Part shown: piece by piece, positions 13,470-27,831 of the stretch | How the letters are laid out: each line of letters starts with the position of its first letter | How positions within the stretch are numbered: the stretch's first letter is position 1 | Origin: Schmidtea polychroa | Lineage: Eukaryota | NCBI GenBank assembly: GCA_044892525.1 | Contig: CM097885.1 | Span: 43,402,001-43,466,000 of the forward strand | DNA length: 64,000 bases | Reading direction: 5' to 3' | The notes under the pieces: generated by a model | Database searches by the model: none | What the model saw: only the letters and a program-made list of their open reading frames with translations | Told to the model about the DNA's origin: nothing | Made by a program: the position numbers and the translations under genes

Positions 13470-15212
13470 TTAATTAAATTTAGAAGTGAAGCTTTACTTG
13501 AATGGCTTAATGCATCGATTGAAAGATTATTAGAGCTGATTTTGATGTTTCATTAATAGTTTAACTTATATAGGTGATTTCATTTTCATTAATAAATTAT
13601 AATTGTTATTTTATTTTAAATGTGAATTTTGATTAGTGTACTAATGTATTTTATGATTAAAGTCTTCAATTCTGATATTCAATTACAAATGAAATTTGAA
13701 TTTTAAAGTTTTTACGGTAATTTGAATAAAGCACGATAAAATTTGAAATTACAGAAAAATTATAAAATACTTGTGCAATTTTCGCTAATTTTATTGGACG
13801 AGGGAAGGTTTTGCAATAATTAGTCGATTGAATCAAATATGTATAAATTTTATTTCACAGATTATTAAACACAAATTTTACAGCACCTGGAATGTGCTTT
13901 TGAGTCTAAAGTCCTATAAGTTATACTTCCAATTGATAGATAAAAATGAACAAAAGTCTTATATCAAATGTGATATAAAATCAATAAATTTCACATATCT
14001 GCAGATGTGTCTTACGTAATTTTACAGCTATTGATACGTTCTTTCAATAATTTGTAAACAACATGAACAATTTTCTGTTTTCACTTGTATTTGCTTCTTT
14101 GTATCTCTCAAATCCATCTTTAGCGACTAGAAAATAAGCCATGAACAAAATTTTATTTAATATTGATATCTGTTGAATTGCATAGTCTGATTGGTGCTTC
14201 TTGCAAAGTACTTTCTTCGCAATTTGAATCGTTCTGGTATTCTCTGGTGGTTTTTTCTGCATTTTTGAAATATCTGAATCTCTGATAATTTTATTATTTT
14301 GTTTGGTTTATTGATACTAAAAAGTCGGCCTTTGGTTACTCTGACTCCACGTGTCCCAAAATTGATAAACACAAACTCCTAACGTAAATTTTTTATAGCA
14401 AATTTACAATTCTCAATAAATGATAACAACTTTTAGTTAACCACGATTTTGTTAACAATTTCTGATCTAACTTCGATCTGGAAAGTCTCAACCTTGTGCG
14501 ATTTAAAAATAAGTTTCACATTTTTATTTGCTCTTTGATCCGAACTCCTTTAATATTCCTTTTTCTAACTCTTCAGTTCACCTTATAATTCTTTTTTTCA
14601 GTTCTTGACTTTGTTCCTCAAATTCCATAGTCGTTTTCTTCTTCCCTACCTGAGGCTACTGCCGATTATCTGAATTTGGGGTTTCCTTAGTTATCGTTCT
14701 CTAATTAGTTATTTCTGTTGACCCTTTTAGTAATTCCCCTTCTTTTGTTTACCCTCGTTTACCAGACTGTTTAGCTAATTGCCCTCTATATTCCCAGTTT
14801 GTTTATTCTCCCAAATTGCTTGGATTTTCTTCATCGCTCGGATTTTCCATTAGCCAATTAATTAATAGTTTGTGTTTTTCCATATTTGCCTGTTTTTCGA
14901 CACTTTTTAAACAATTTCTTGCTCACTGTCTTCTTCACCATTCCGTAATCTACACCTCTCCCGTTTTCCAGCTTCAATTTGGATAACATTTCACTTTATT
15001 CCACTTCCTCAGATTTGCGTATTTTTCCATTTCGTTTCTGATTGTACTCTTTTATAGTTCTGTTATTGCCATATATTTCTTTGCCATTACTTCTCTGCTT
15101 GACCTCCAATCTCTTTCGTTCAATTTTGGTTTTCTTTTTACTCGAAACTATTCAATTTAACATAATTTAATAATTTACTTTTATAACCTCAACAATTTAA
15201 ACAAAAATAAAA

Positions 15213-15473
15213 ATGGAAATATATATGTTGACCTTCCACCAAAGAGTTAAAGAACATCTAGATCCTGGTGGAACATCCTCGATAAACATACATCTCCAAC
15301 AATGTCAACCAACAGAGGAAAGAAAAAATATTTCAATCGAAATCATAGCTAATGGAAACATCCAAAAGAAAAATGTCCGATTCAAAGAAGCAATTCTCAT
15401 CATAAACAGACAGCCAAAAATCAACACTAAAGAAGAAATCAATGAAATCATGAATTTGGTCTGTTGTCATTGA
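15213..15473 (+). pseudogene. Penelope-like retroelement 3' fragment (GIY-YIG endonuclease C-terminal part)
   Basis: FHQRVKEH...SSINIHLQQC...IEIIA...RFKEAILI...PKINTKEE matches the R-x-x-EH / H-x-x-x-C / EA-x-x-I / P-x-x-N pattern of PLE GIY-YIG domains. Confidence 0.75.
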
Positions 15474-16034
15474 CCTTGAGAATATCTGATAATATATAAA
15501 AAATAAAAAATATAATAAATTTAAAAAAAGTAATAATTGAAATAATTTAGAAAATTTTAGGAAATACACTTTCAAAAGATAGGATTTCAAAATCAAAATT
15601 GACACATTTATTGAAATATTTAAATAGCGTATATAAATGGTTATTGGAGGCTTTATTTTAAAATATTTTGAAATATTTTATTAGGCTTCTAGAAGCTAAT
15701 TATAGAAGCTTTAAAAAATTTAAAGGTTTTAGTTTTTGTCATTTTGAATTTTAAATGATATTTATTTTATTTTAATTTTAATTTTAAGTAAAATTTTTAA
15801 AAAAAATCCAAAAAAGAAAGTATATCATTATATTATATTATATTTATAACCAATGGGAATTAAGAAAAAGGAAATAATAGAAAAATAGAAATGTATTTTC
15901 GGGAAGGAGATTGGTAAATTCCAGGAGATTGATAAGGACTATCTTATAGTCGAAAATTTTTCATTAAATACATTAAATACATAAATACATTTTTAAATAA
16001 TAAATGCTGCTACCAAGAAATCATCACTTTATAC

Positions 16035-16144
<110 letters not shown>

Positions 16145-16284
16145 TATATATACTAACCTAAGAATAACTATGTAGTTAATAGTAGAGTTTTGACAGAATG
16201 GTTGAGTTACGGAGCAAAAGTCACAAAAGTTATTCGTGCTATAGAGTTTAAGTAAGTACTTGTTTTCAAAGGATATATTGATTT

Positions 16285-16871
16285 GGTTCCAGGACAAAAC
16301 AGAACAAGACAAAACAGAACATGACAAAACAGAACAAGACAAAACAGAACATGACAAAACAGAACAAGACAAAACAGAACAATGACAAAACAGAACAGTG
16401 ACAAAACAGAACAGTGACAAATTCAATATTTCATTGTAGTCACCCAAGCATATGGAATTTATTAGATGGACTAAGACGAGATATGGCTTGTCAGCGATTA
16501 ATACTAGCCAATGCCCAGACAGGTCGCCAAGAAGTGATAAAAAAGAAGTACGAAGCCATTGCTCTTCAAGTGTCAATAGTTGTGCAGGAATACCACGCTC
16601 ATGAAGACAAATTGAGGTATTTACGCAGAATGGCCAACCTCCAGTAATGCTTACAACATCAAGATTAGATGTAAAATAATATGTACAATAATAATTTAAA
16701 ATAAAAATAATGTTCTGTTTTGTCACTGTTCTGTTTTGTCACTGTTCTGTTTTGTCATTGTTCTGTTTTGTCATTGTTCTGTTTTGTCTTGTTCTGTTTT
16801 GTCATGTTCTGTTTTGTCTTGTTCTGTTTTGTCATGTTCTGTTTTGTCTTGTTCTGTTTTGTCCGGTCACC
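16285..16871 (+). mobile_element. Internally deleted Mutator-like (MULE) element, 587 bp, TIRs built of 15-bp tandem repeats
   Basis: Inverted arrays (gacaaaacagaacaa)n at left and (ttgttctgttttgtc)n at right; ends ggttccaggac.../...gtccggtcacc; 8-bp TSD attgattt (16277-16284, 16872-16879). Core encodes a MULE C-terminal motif HPSIWNLLDGLRRD...YLRRMA. Confidence 0.85.
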
Positions 16872-18261
16872 ATTGATTTAATACCCAAATGAGAGCATCT
16901 AGTACAGATTCATTTCAGCGATATTATTATAAGTTGAACAACCCCCTTACAACAACCAGTTTTTATTAATTATACACGGTTTTATTAAGCCGTTTAGGGT
17001 TAATGATCAATTAGGTGTTTATTTACTTTGTTTTGACAATGAAATATTTGAAATCTTTAGAATTAATTCTGATTGATATCAAAGGTTTAAATTATTTTAT
17101 TTTTATTTAAGAAGTCATTTTATTCATTGGGTGGATATCGGTGACAAAACTTGATAAATATTGACTTTAAAGTTGGACATCGACAACAACTAAAGAAAAT
17201 TGATTTTTATTGAAGAAATTTATGATTTTAATTAGATTTGTAGAAATTAAATCAGTTGAATATCAGTTAAGGGTAAAATTTATTGAAGGAATATAGAGAT
17301 TTTATCGGATGGATAAATCTTTCAATAATATTTTGCTAAATTACCTTTGCTAAATATTATTATTTTAAATGACTAAATTAACCAATATTAAATTGATCGC
17401 ACAAAATATCCATGTTTTGGTAAAAGTTACTCAAACATCTTAACCTATATAACCATGTATTTCTCGCAAAGATATATTACGCCCAATGATCATCTCATTA
17501 ACTTAGAAAATAATTGTTACTTTATAATATATATTTCTAACTAATAAGCACCTTATTTGGTTAAATGATAACCAAATGATCATATTTCTATTATGACTCT
17601 GACTCCTTTAAATATTTTTGCCTCGAACAAAGACAGAAATTTACTCCAAATGATAAAGAATTTCTACCAAAATTATCAATGAATTGCTGAATATTGTTAT
17701 TAATGACCATGTATTTCTCACGAAGTTATATAAATTATATTAACTATTGTAACGAACTTTAGATGAATAAATTACCTTTTGCTAAATATTAGTTTAAATG
17801 ACTAAAAATGACAAAGTTAACCAATAAATTAGTCGCACGAAATAAGAATTCGGTAAGTTAGATTTAAAATATTCTAATTATTCACGAATTTCTGATAAAT
17901 ATCATCATCCATTTCTCACTAAATTACCTAAGAATTCCTAACTGATATACATGTGCCTTAATTTACTAATTAACATTAATATACCCTTGCGACATGTTGA
18001 ATGTGACCAGTACCCTTACGACCAATACCCATAGGGGACAAAATATCTTGTCGGATATGTTTCTTGCTAAATGTCCTAAATAATATCTCCAAATGATATT
18101 TCGCTGAAAAGTATATAAAATCTCTATGAATTTGTTAAATGTTTTCCTCAATATAAATTGTTAATTAGTATTGTTAATTTAGAATTGTCTGGCCTAAAAT
18201 CTGCTATATGGTATCTAAAAAATCATGTTTTTCTTAAATTGTATGGTAATGTTAAATAAAT

Positions 18262-18560
<299 letters not shown>

Positions 18561-18779
18561 AATAAAATTAATAATACTTTGAAAATAATATTTTGAAAAT
18601 ATTGAAAATAATGAAAATGGCGTCAAAATGTGTTTTTAAAATATATTTAAGTTTTAAAATACCACAACGTAATGTATTTATTTATTAATTTTTTTGTCTT
18701 ACCCTTTCTTTGATTTTAATTGGTCAGAATTTAGTTATGTGTAATATATAAACAGTAACTTTTCAATTGTTTGTTTAAA

Positions 18780-19545
18780 CTTTTAATTTAACCTATATAA
18801 GTGAATATTGATTTCCTTTATTCTCATCATTGACTTTCCCGATTACCGAACAAATTTTATCTGAGAATAATGGATTGGTCACTGGATAATTTGAAGTATC
18901 TAGGAGCCCATCGGCAATCATTTTTGGATACAGTGGTAAGCGTAAATCAACATTTTTTCCTTCTAAAAAGAAGGAATCTGTGTCACCGACTACGATATTA
19001 ATTTGACAATTGAATTCTTCTCTATAACTCTATAGTTCTTTATATTAAAACTGGTAAATGCTAATGTTTAGATAAATCAAGTAAGGTTTGGCCAATATAC
19101 ATTGGTCTATCAAAACACACCATTTCCTTTTCGAGTATAACAGCAATGAGATCCACAATCTTGATGCTACGATGAAACATTGGATGACTACAATAAGTTA
19201 TCAATCTTTTGCTTTTGTTGCATAATCTCAAATTTATACATTTCTTCAGGTTTTTCACGTTTTTACCGTTATACGGTTTTAAACTCTACAACACGATCAA
19301 CTTTTGTGACTTTTGCGCAGTAACTCAACCATTCTGTCCAAACTCTACTATTAACTACATAGTTATTCTTAGGTTCGTGTGTTAATAACAAATTTTCAAC
19401 TTTACTACCAGGTGGATAATAAAGTTCAGGAGCTATAGGTAAATCATCTAGCTTATCTTGTATAAAATACGGAATGACGATTTTAACCTCGAAAACATAT
19501 CCACGATTTCCATCAAACTCATCCCCATTCACATCTTTTAATAAT
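18780..19545 (-). pseudogene. Decayed Maverick pPolB fragment (palm/thumb region)
   Basis: Broken frames GYVFEV...DKLDDLPIAPE...GSKVENLLLTH, NLRLC...FDRPMYIGQTLLDLSK, IVVGDTDSF, LLDTSNY, colinear with pPolB at about 41760-42600. Confidence 0.9.
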
Positions 19546-20900
19546 ACTACCCATTTCAGTCTGATCTTCTAACCAAGCAGGCAGCATGAAGTTGATACAG
19601 TTATACAATATAATAACAAAATAAAGAAATTTAACGTCAAAATTTACAAAATTTTACAACACCTAACCTACTGAAAATTTTTAAGAGCACAATATTTACC
19701 CTTCAGACAAATTAAAGAAAACTCATTACAAAAACTTAACTTTAACTTTATTAACAAACAGGTAGTGGCATTAAGTTAACGTAAAACAATATTTTTAAGC
19801 TAAATTAATTTTTTTTTATGTTTTTACATGGAATTTAATTAATTGATACAATAACCGAACATTTTAACGTTCGGTCTGGGTGCCAAACGAATAACGAACA
19901 ATTCGTTTGATTACCGAACTGTTCGTGCGAAAACCGAACGGGTGGTAAGCCTAAGCAGGCCACTCGAAGAAGTCGACAGAAGTGAACTATTTGTTAAGAT
20001 GAATTTGATTTTATATTTTTATTTACTTTATTAGTTAAAGGACATGATCTAAATAAATAAAATAAAAAATCTAGCTAAAATGGAAGAAATGTGAAATAGG
20101 GACAGTAGGAAAGTAGGGCGTAATACCACCTATGGTAAGCCAGGAACCCAGATATATGTCAGGGCAGTAGCAGTCCTTGAAATTAGATTCACATTTTTCT
20201 GATGGTCACCCAGTATCGTATAGCACTAACGGCGCTCACCTAGTGGAATCAACAATAGTCATACAAATTGTGAACAGTGGAAAGAAAAGGATACAAATCG
20301 CGACTGTTTAAAGGAACAAGATAACCCATCATTATTAGAGTTGTTTAAATGGAATAACAATAACAATTATTAAATTAAGCGTTGAGGTTTGATGAAATGT
20401 AATGTATGACGTCACATTTCGAAAATACCACCTTCCCTTCGTCACCAGACGTCCCTAATGAGGGAAGCTTCTCCACGTAGGCGCGTGCTACCATTTATGG
20501 ACGGCCTCAAGCAAGAATATTTATTGAAAGATTATTCACACAGAGCAGAATTAACGTGTTTTATGCATCTCTAAATATTAATTAATTTTCAGGCACTTAA
20601 ATAGATAAATTAAAACAATTATTTATATAATTACAATCTTTGTAATTTAAATTGTAGTTTGTGCACAGAATATTAACTGTTGTGTAGAATTCGGAAAGTT
20701 GAAATTCTAGCATAAACATTGTTGACAGTCGTCAACAATTTGTGAATATATTTCTATGGAATATTTGCATAAATGTCTGTAATCTATAATGAAATCTTAA
20801 AATGTTACAATTTTAAGTTAAATTTAGCACAGTAGCACAAATTTGGATAAAATAATACATAAAATTTTGTGTAATTATTATGTTGGAATAAGGTAGCCAT

Positions 20901-20985
20901 CTACCAACAACAAAAAGTATTCATGAGAAAGAATATTCTCTCAATGGCAACATTGGAAGAAATCAGCTGAGAAATAGTATAAAGC
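20901..20985 (-). pseudogene. hAT dimerisation-domain remnant
   Basis: SQLISSNVAIERIFFLMN resembles the conserved SxAxxERxFS motif. Confidence 0.5.
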
Positions 20986-20987
20986 AA

Positions 20988-21293
20988 GGGATCATCCAAA
21001 AAATACGTCACGGTAGTTTTTACCATTTTGAACCCTCTCCTTCCCCATATTACAAATCTGGGATCTGCTGCCCTAAAGTACGTTACAGCTTCGAAAATTT
21101 TTTTAATAAACACCTTATTAAAATTTGTTCTAAATATATAATATTTCATAAATTTTACTAAATAAAAAAAAATTAGAAATAAAATTAAAAAAATAAATGT
21201 ATGACGTCACACATGGCCTGAAGCCCCTCCTCTTACAGTCACATTTTCTTAAACCTCCACCCCCAGGAGCGTGACGTACTTTATGGACGGCCC
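20988..21293. mobile_element. Harbinger/PIF-like MITE inserted in decayed hAT sequence
   Basis: Imperfect TIRs gggatcatccaaaaaatacgtcacg ... cgtgacgtactttatggacggccc; a related partial copy lies at about 20400-20510. Confidence 0.6.
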
Positions 21294-22229
21294 AAAGGGT
21301 GTTTAACCTGCAACCAAACCAATACAATGTTGTTTTGTTTTACCATTTTACTAATCCTAATGCAAGATTATAATATGACATTCTAACATTGCATGTACAA
21401 TGTATATTTCATTTTCATGATAAAACTGAATTTTAGGTGTAGTAAACTTTTTATGCGGCTCGACTGCCTTCCAAAAAATTTACCATGTAGCCCATTTCTG
21501 AGTTACAGAAAAAGTTGAAAACCTTTCCACTGAATATGTCAGCATTGTGCTTAGTTCCATCACCTCGCCAAAACGAATGTCTTTCAAGGCAATATCGGGA
21601 TTGATAAACTCTACAGCTTCTTATAGAACTAAATATATTATTATCAAATTTTCTTTCGTGACATGCAAAATGTTCGATAGCCGTTTCCTTTTTATTGAAA
21701 TATCTTCCTTGTAATTGCTACATTTATTCACGCGTTTATAATAAGATTCAACTCGTTTTTCTCTAACATCAGTGTTGAGTGTTGGAATAGTGACAACGCG
21801 CTCTGGAGAAAGAAAATATACATAGCTGATCTCATTCTCAAAAACGCTACTCAAAATTTAGGCGTACTCTCAGCGTACCAGGTGTATGTTATCACTTGTT
21901 CGGTGATTATTTGGAGGCCTTGTAATCTGCTCAGACAAAGCATCAATCAGAACAACTTATGGGTCGCGGTACATCAATTTTTCAGCAAGATTCCGCCCAG
22001 TGCTGCACTGATAAACATGAAGAGAAAGACAAACAAAGACGACATACAGAACATGGGTGAGTTACATTAACGAATTAAAGAAAGCCCTAGTAACTCAGAA
22101 GTAACGCCCCAGCAATGCAATCAAATTGTCGAATCCATACCCGAGTATTATCATAATTACAAGACACGTGCGTTTGTGTGTTGCATTGTAATTGTTTGCT
22201 AGTACCTTACATTTTCCTGTTTGACTTAA

Positions 22230-22582
22230 AACCTCATTCATATGTGCAATTACTGCTTGGAACTAGAAGGAAACACTTAGTAAGGTAAAATAAGTATAAT
22301 TTACAAGATTTCAGTCCCATGTTCAGAAGCGATAAAGACAATTGTGAAAAAAACATTTTATGCTAAAGATTTCCTAAGTCGTGATATTAAACGTTAAAGG
22401 CAAAATCACTTCCTTCTGTCGACGACGAAATGCGTACTTATCTGTCAACATTAGAACCTCGATTCAGCCTGATTTGCTCTCGAAAATATTTTTATCGTAG
22501 AAATGAGAGGGAGTAAGGTATGCCGCGCAAAATCTCAGATAAGCTCAAAGTGCCATGAGCTAAAGAAGGTTGAGAACCACTG
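22230..22582 (+). mobile_element. Decayed Buster-type hAT 3' end
   Basis: Encodes SVDDEMRTYLSTLEPRFSLICSRK (Buster C-terminus). Ends in TIR ...aaggttgagaaccactg at 22582, followed by cattaagg (central TA). Confidence 0.65.
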
Positions 22583-22707
22583 CATTAAGGAGACAAATGT
22601 TGCACAAGCGGAGTGGATTTTACTGGGTGTAGTACTAGTTAAAAAAGGAAGCGTATAATAAGAACTTTCGATTTTCACCTCTGATTTCTTTTCAATTGAC
22701 AAAAATA

Positions 22708-22710
<3 letters not shown>

Positions 22711-22770
<60 letters not shown>
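22711..22770. repeat. (TA)n microsatellite
   Basis: Direct reading. Confidence 0.95.
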
Positions 22771-22777
<7 letters not shown>

Positions 22778-22926
22778 ATGGGTTTGCTATTTAGATTCCT
22801 GGTTTAATGGGGGTGAATTTTTAAAATTGATTCAAAATGCCTTTCTAAAATATGAATATGCAAAAAAATTAGTAAATAAATAAAATCAAATCAAAATATT
22901 ATTTTCAACAGATTCAAAAATTAGAT

Positions 22927-25900
22927 TCACAATCTAAGACTATTCAACGAAGTTTCATTTCCTGTTAGTTGATTTTCAACTCTTTTCTTACAGATATTCA
23001 AAGACGGTTCCAAGGGTTGAAGGATTTCAATTAATTGATTGGCTGCCATTGAAATTGTTTTCGAATTGTGCAAATTTGAATTGGATTTGCAATCGTCAAT
23101 AAGTGATGAAATTCCAGCCAAGCATAAATACGTATGCATCGGGTCAGCTAGAATTACAATTCCGATAACAACGCAACAGTGATGATTGTGTCATCCATTT
23201 AATGCACAATGGAGATTATTGGATTAATCGATTAATTTTACACTATTATGATAATTTATTTCAAATCAATAATCATTAATCATAACTGAATGCATTTTTC
23301 CATGACACCATTTTGCTGCTAAGCTCATTGTAAAATATTGATTTTATGAATGAATAATAAATTGCCACGTAATACCAATCTATTAGTGCAGTGCAAAGAT
23401 TGCACTGGGTAAAATTGATTAATTATTTGAAATAAAAAAAATGGTTAAAGGATCAAAAAAGTAAAATAACCGATGTTGAAATACAAATAAAGTATATTTA
23501 GAATCTCGACAAGATTAAAAAAGAATACTGGCAAAATTATCCTAGGATTCCATTATTTCGTTTTTGTTGTCATCCTAGGGCAGTTCCGAGAGAAATTGTA
23601 GACTCATAATTATAATGAATGAAAGGGATAATTTTTCTCGTTAATGTTTAATGGAAAAAGATTTACTGACGAACAATAAAAATCACAACTAGTAAGAGAA
23701 AGATATTTGTGATTGTTAAGCTTAATGAAGGTTTTATTCGATTTTTCCATTTTTTTATCATATTGGTATATTTTGTTACAAATTCATAAAAAATAGATTA
23801 ATGAAAATTCGAAAATATCTTATTTTATAACTTTAATTTATATAGACAAAATAAATAATTTTTATTGTGAAAGTAATTAAATAGAATTAGTATTTAATTT
23901 CCAGTTTTAAATAGATTTAGTAATATCATAAAATTATAAATTAAATATGAATATCGAACTTATTAATTGATTTGACGGAAAATTAAATATATTTAAGAAT
24001 GATTGAAAATTAAAATATAAAATATTTATTGAATGAATGTGAAATGCATGAATATTCCCTATTGTTTTTTTATAGTATTACTGCTACTGCTATTGCAATA
24101 ACTTTACCTACCCTACCAAGTGCAATAAATATGCATCTAGAATTTACTTACGCTTCAAACAATTCTTCAATGTCAAGAAATCAAAATCATCAAATCCTTT
24201 CCTCTTTGAATAGAATACCCTATGATAATGGCTACATTGCAATTTATGTAATATTTAGAATCATATTTTAATTTTAATTATATTTAAAAATCTTTAAATT
24301 TAAAATCCAAATAATGATTTCAAATTAATTTATAATTTTAATTTCAATTTTATTAATATTTAGTAATTTTTACATAATAACAAATATGAATATACACCAT
24401 TCATTGCATAGTCAATTTTATCAGCCCATTCCCCAATTATATTGTGTTAAAATTATTAAATTCGCGTTTTATTAATTTAAAAAATTTTACTGTTCAAATA
24501 TAATTTTGCATTTGTAATTTCGGTTAAAAATTTCCGATTAAATATTTAAAGAATTTGAAATAAAAACATACCAAAAGAATGCCCAGCATTCTTCAATTTA
24601 CAAAATCCACCCGCCAGTTTTTCATAAGTAGATTCAATGAAGTCGAACAAAGAAGGGAAATCTATAAGATGACCATAACCGAGCATCTACATAAAACTTC
24701 ATTATCTATTATGTTCGAAAATTTCAAACAACTTTCAATGAAGCTCCTATCCAAAATGTATAACAACTATCGTCATCTTTATGTGGCCTTCCATGAAATC
24801 CTTCATACTGACGATTTATTAACCACCGAAGCATTAAATTCTTGTTATTAGAATTTTCAGGAAACAAAACATCCAATTTTGATAGAATTTTTAAACTTGC
24901 TATCGCACAATATGTGGAGCCTCCATGACTTTCTTCTCGAGGTCTCTGACCAAACCCACCATCATAATTCTAATTTAACCGTGAAATTTTTTGAAGTAAT
25001 CCAAAATCTAAATGTTTACTTGACATTTCAAAATAAACGACACAACAGCATTAACATCAACTGTGCTGAAATCGTTTATAATTGCGCATGAAGCTAAAGC
25101 AGAAAATATAAATCTCACGTCTGCTTCTGGGCAGTCAAGAGCCGCACAAAAGCAGCCATCTTCAGAATTTTGCAAATTTTTAAAACTTTTTAAAACACCA
25201 GTTTTATCAACTCGACTAAGATTATCACCCAAAATCATCAAACAAACTAAACACGAATATGTCATCGTTACATGACCAGACATGTAAATCTAATAAGTTA
25301 TATTAAATATTATAAGATTATTGCATGAAATAAGATCATATACAACAAGATCCGAAAATTCTGATTCTTTTTACTTATCACATTCCCAATAACTATTTAT
25401 GAGTAATTCTCCAAATTATATATAACTACAATTAACTTTATTTATTTTTAATACAAATTCTTTGGGAATGTATCTGTCGTGTATAAATAGAATTCTAAAA
25501 AGTAACTGACCACATTTATAATCAATCAATAATATGTCGGACCCATGTTGACCATAAATCAGACAGACAATTTGTCTCCCTTTCCCAATAATGTCAATTT
25601 TTAGCTTTACATTTATAGAAGATGTCTGATAATTTTAAATAAGAATTATAAATAATACTTTTATCAAATATTATTTTTATGATGTATAAATTTAATTTGT
25701 CAATATTTTGTTACATATTTAACACGAATTTCCTACGGTCTTTTCTAATATTGAAAAAGACTTCGTGTTAAATATTTAATTAAATATATATATATATATA
25801 TATATATAAGAAATATAAAAAAATCAATAGTGAATAATCTAAAATATTACTCCACAACATAATAACAATCGAATTAATCAATATTAGAAATTTATTTAAT

Positions 25901-27831
25901 AATATAAATTAAATTTGTTAATTTTGTACTATAGTTGAACTAATAAAAAATATTTCTCTATATACTAACCGATCGGAGGGAAATTCCCACAAAATTACTT
26001 TCATTTGTTTCAAAATTTTTTTAACCGTTATTATAGGTGAAAACAAAGCAACGAGGTAAAAAAAAGTATAAAATTATCTGGTTAATGCTCTATCAAAAAT
26101 TTCTACGTGCATCCCAACATTGACTCAAAGAAAAGCAATTACAGGACTTTTGTTTTAGAAGTCTATTTTTTACTATTGTGTTTTCATTAAAATTTTAAAA
26201 TCCATCTCTAATTCCAACTTAAGAGTCTTCACTATGCATTAATTCAAGGTAATGCTTATTTAACCTTTGGCACTCCGTTGGCGACAATATGTCGCCACTA
26301 TTTATAACAGGGGTCGGCAACCTTTTAGATGTGATGTGCCAAGTCACTCTGTAAATTACTTCAAGGTGCCACCTTATTTCTTTTAAAAAATAAGCAATGG
26401 TATGCCTGTCACATTAAATAATACAGTTCTTTATAAAAATAATTTTATTCCAAAAATATTTTTTTAAATATATTTAATTGCAAAACAAATAACATGACAT
26501 CCCATTGACAACCCCACCGCGTGTCATAGGTCGCAGACCCCTGATTTATAAGCTATAAAATTATAAATAGTCATTGATTGTTGTTTAAATAAATGAATTT
26601 ACTAATATATATTGAATGCACATTTGCATGATACCTTTTTTATTTTTTAATTAATTGGGCTTTGAATTGTGAAAAGTTATTTTGCTGAAAATAAAACTTA
26701 ATAGAGTTTGGTCTTGTTGTTTCAAATAAGAACACTGGGGTGAACTTATTATAAACCTAAAACAATATATGTACATTTTACATTCCTGTAATTATTTATA
26801 CTCCACTTGCTAAAAAAAATGTGAAAAAATGAGGTTTAAAAGTGATATTCAATGAGGTTTCACTCAATCCAACCCTAAATCGTACTCAGAAACTTTGTAA
26901 TAAAACCCAAATATATCACAATTTTAGTACCGCTCTTAAATATAAATAAATACGTTTAATATCCTACAAATTAGGCGTTGCATATCACTTTAAATCTTTA
27001 CTTTTACTTTATCCGAAAACCAGAAACCATTTGATCGTTATAAAATGTTTAATTTTCTGCTCCTTTCCTTTCCATTCACAAATAAATCTATTCAGCATTG
27101 GCTTTTAAATCGAAAGCTTTTTAGGAACATGTTATGAGATTACTAATTGTGGAGCTAACAGTACTTTAAACTAAAACTTTATTTTCAATTCAGACTATAA
27201 ATCAATACAATTTATTTATTTAGCACGAATTAACAACACAACTCGTTTCAAGTGTTTGTTAAAGTTTGTGCCGAAAATGCGTTTCATAAATACAAATATG
27301 TTAATAGTGCACAAAATAAAATATAAAACAATCAAAATTTCAAATCAGTTATTTATTATTCAATTTATAAATTTGCCCAATTTCATTTTGATAAAATATT
27401 TTTGAATTCAGTTTAGTGATATTAAATTTAAATGAAATATAATATAGAAATTGGTAATTAAAATTGCTTGCCTGGTTTTTGAGATCACAATTACTAGGGA
27501 AAAAACCACCACGAAATCCTTCTAAACGATCAGCTATTAATGACATTTCAAGAATTCTATTGCCTAATAAAAAACTAACATTGAGAATTAAAAATTTGAA
27601 GATCGTAAATCCAGTCGATTATTTCATTCTTGTCATTTTGCGAGAGATCATCAATACGATTTAATAAATCGAGGCCAGATAGGGCAAATTGCAAAATGAT
27701 AACTCTAAATTATTTTTAAATCAACAATTAAATTTAAGAAATAATAACCTTGATGTATCGTATGATTCAAATACGCATGGAATATAATTTACAAACTTTT
27801 TAAAGTATTTTGAAATTAAATCTGGATTCAT
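22927..27831 (-). CDS. PGGT1B: Geranylgeranyltransferase type-I subunit beta, 7 exons, about 370 aa
   Basis: Exons 27831-27749, 27704-27580, 27533-27472, 25289-25020, 24969-24733, 24686-24572, 23147-22927 join in frame (1113 nt). Motifs: FALSGLDLL, IIDWIYDLQ, GFRGG, GHVTMTY...LGDNLSRV, EADVRF, NYDGGFGQ...ESHGGSTYCA, GFHGRPHKDDDSCYTFW, DPMHTYL. The start could lie further upstream. Confidence 0.92.
26308..26543. mobile_element. hAT MITE, 236 bp, in a PGGT1B intron
   Basis: TIRs caggggtcggcaacc ... ggtcgcagacccctg; perfect 8-bp TSD atttataa (26300-26307, 26544-26551). Confidence 0.92.

Noticed and set aside
14040..15150. Purine-rich minus strand suggesting decayed coding sequence
   Set aside because: Multiple stops and no recognisable motif.
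19575..19960. Possible hAT MITE with aagcaggc duplication
   Set aside because: Only one TIR-like end (…ggtggtaagccta at 19952) is visible, so boundaries cannot be supported.
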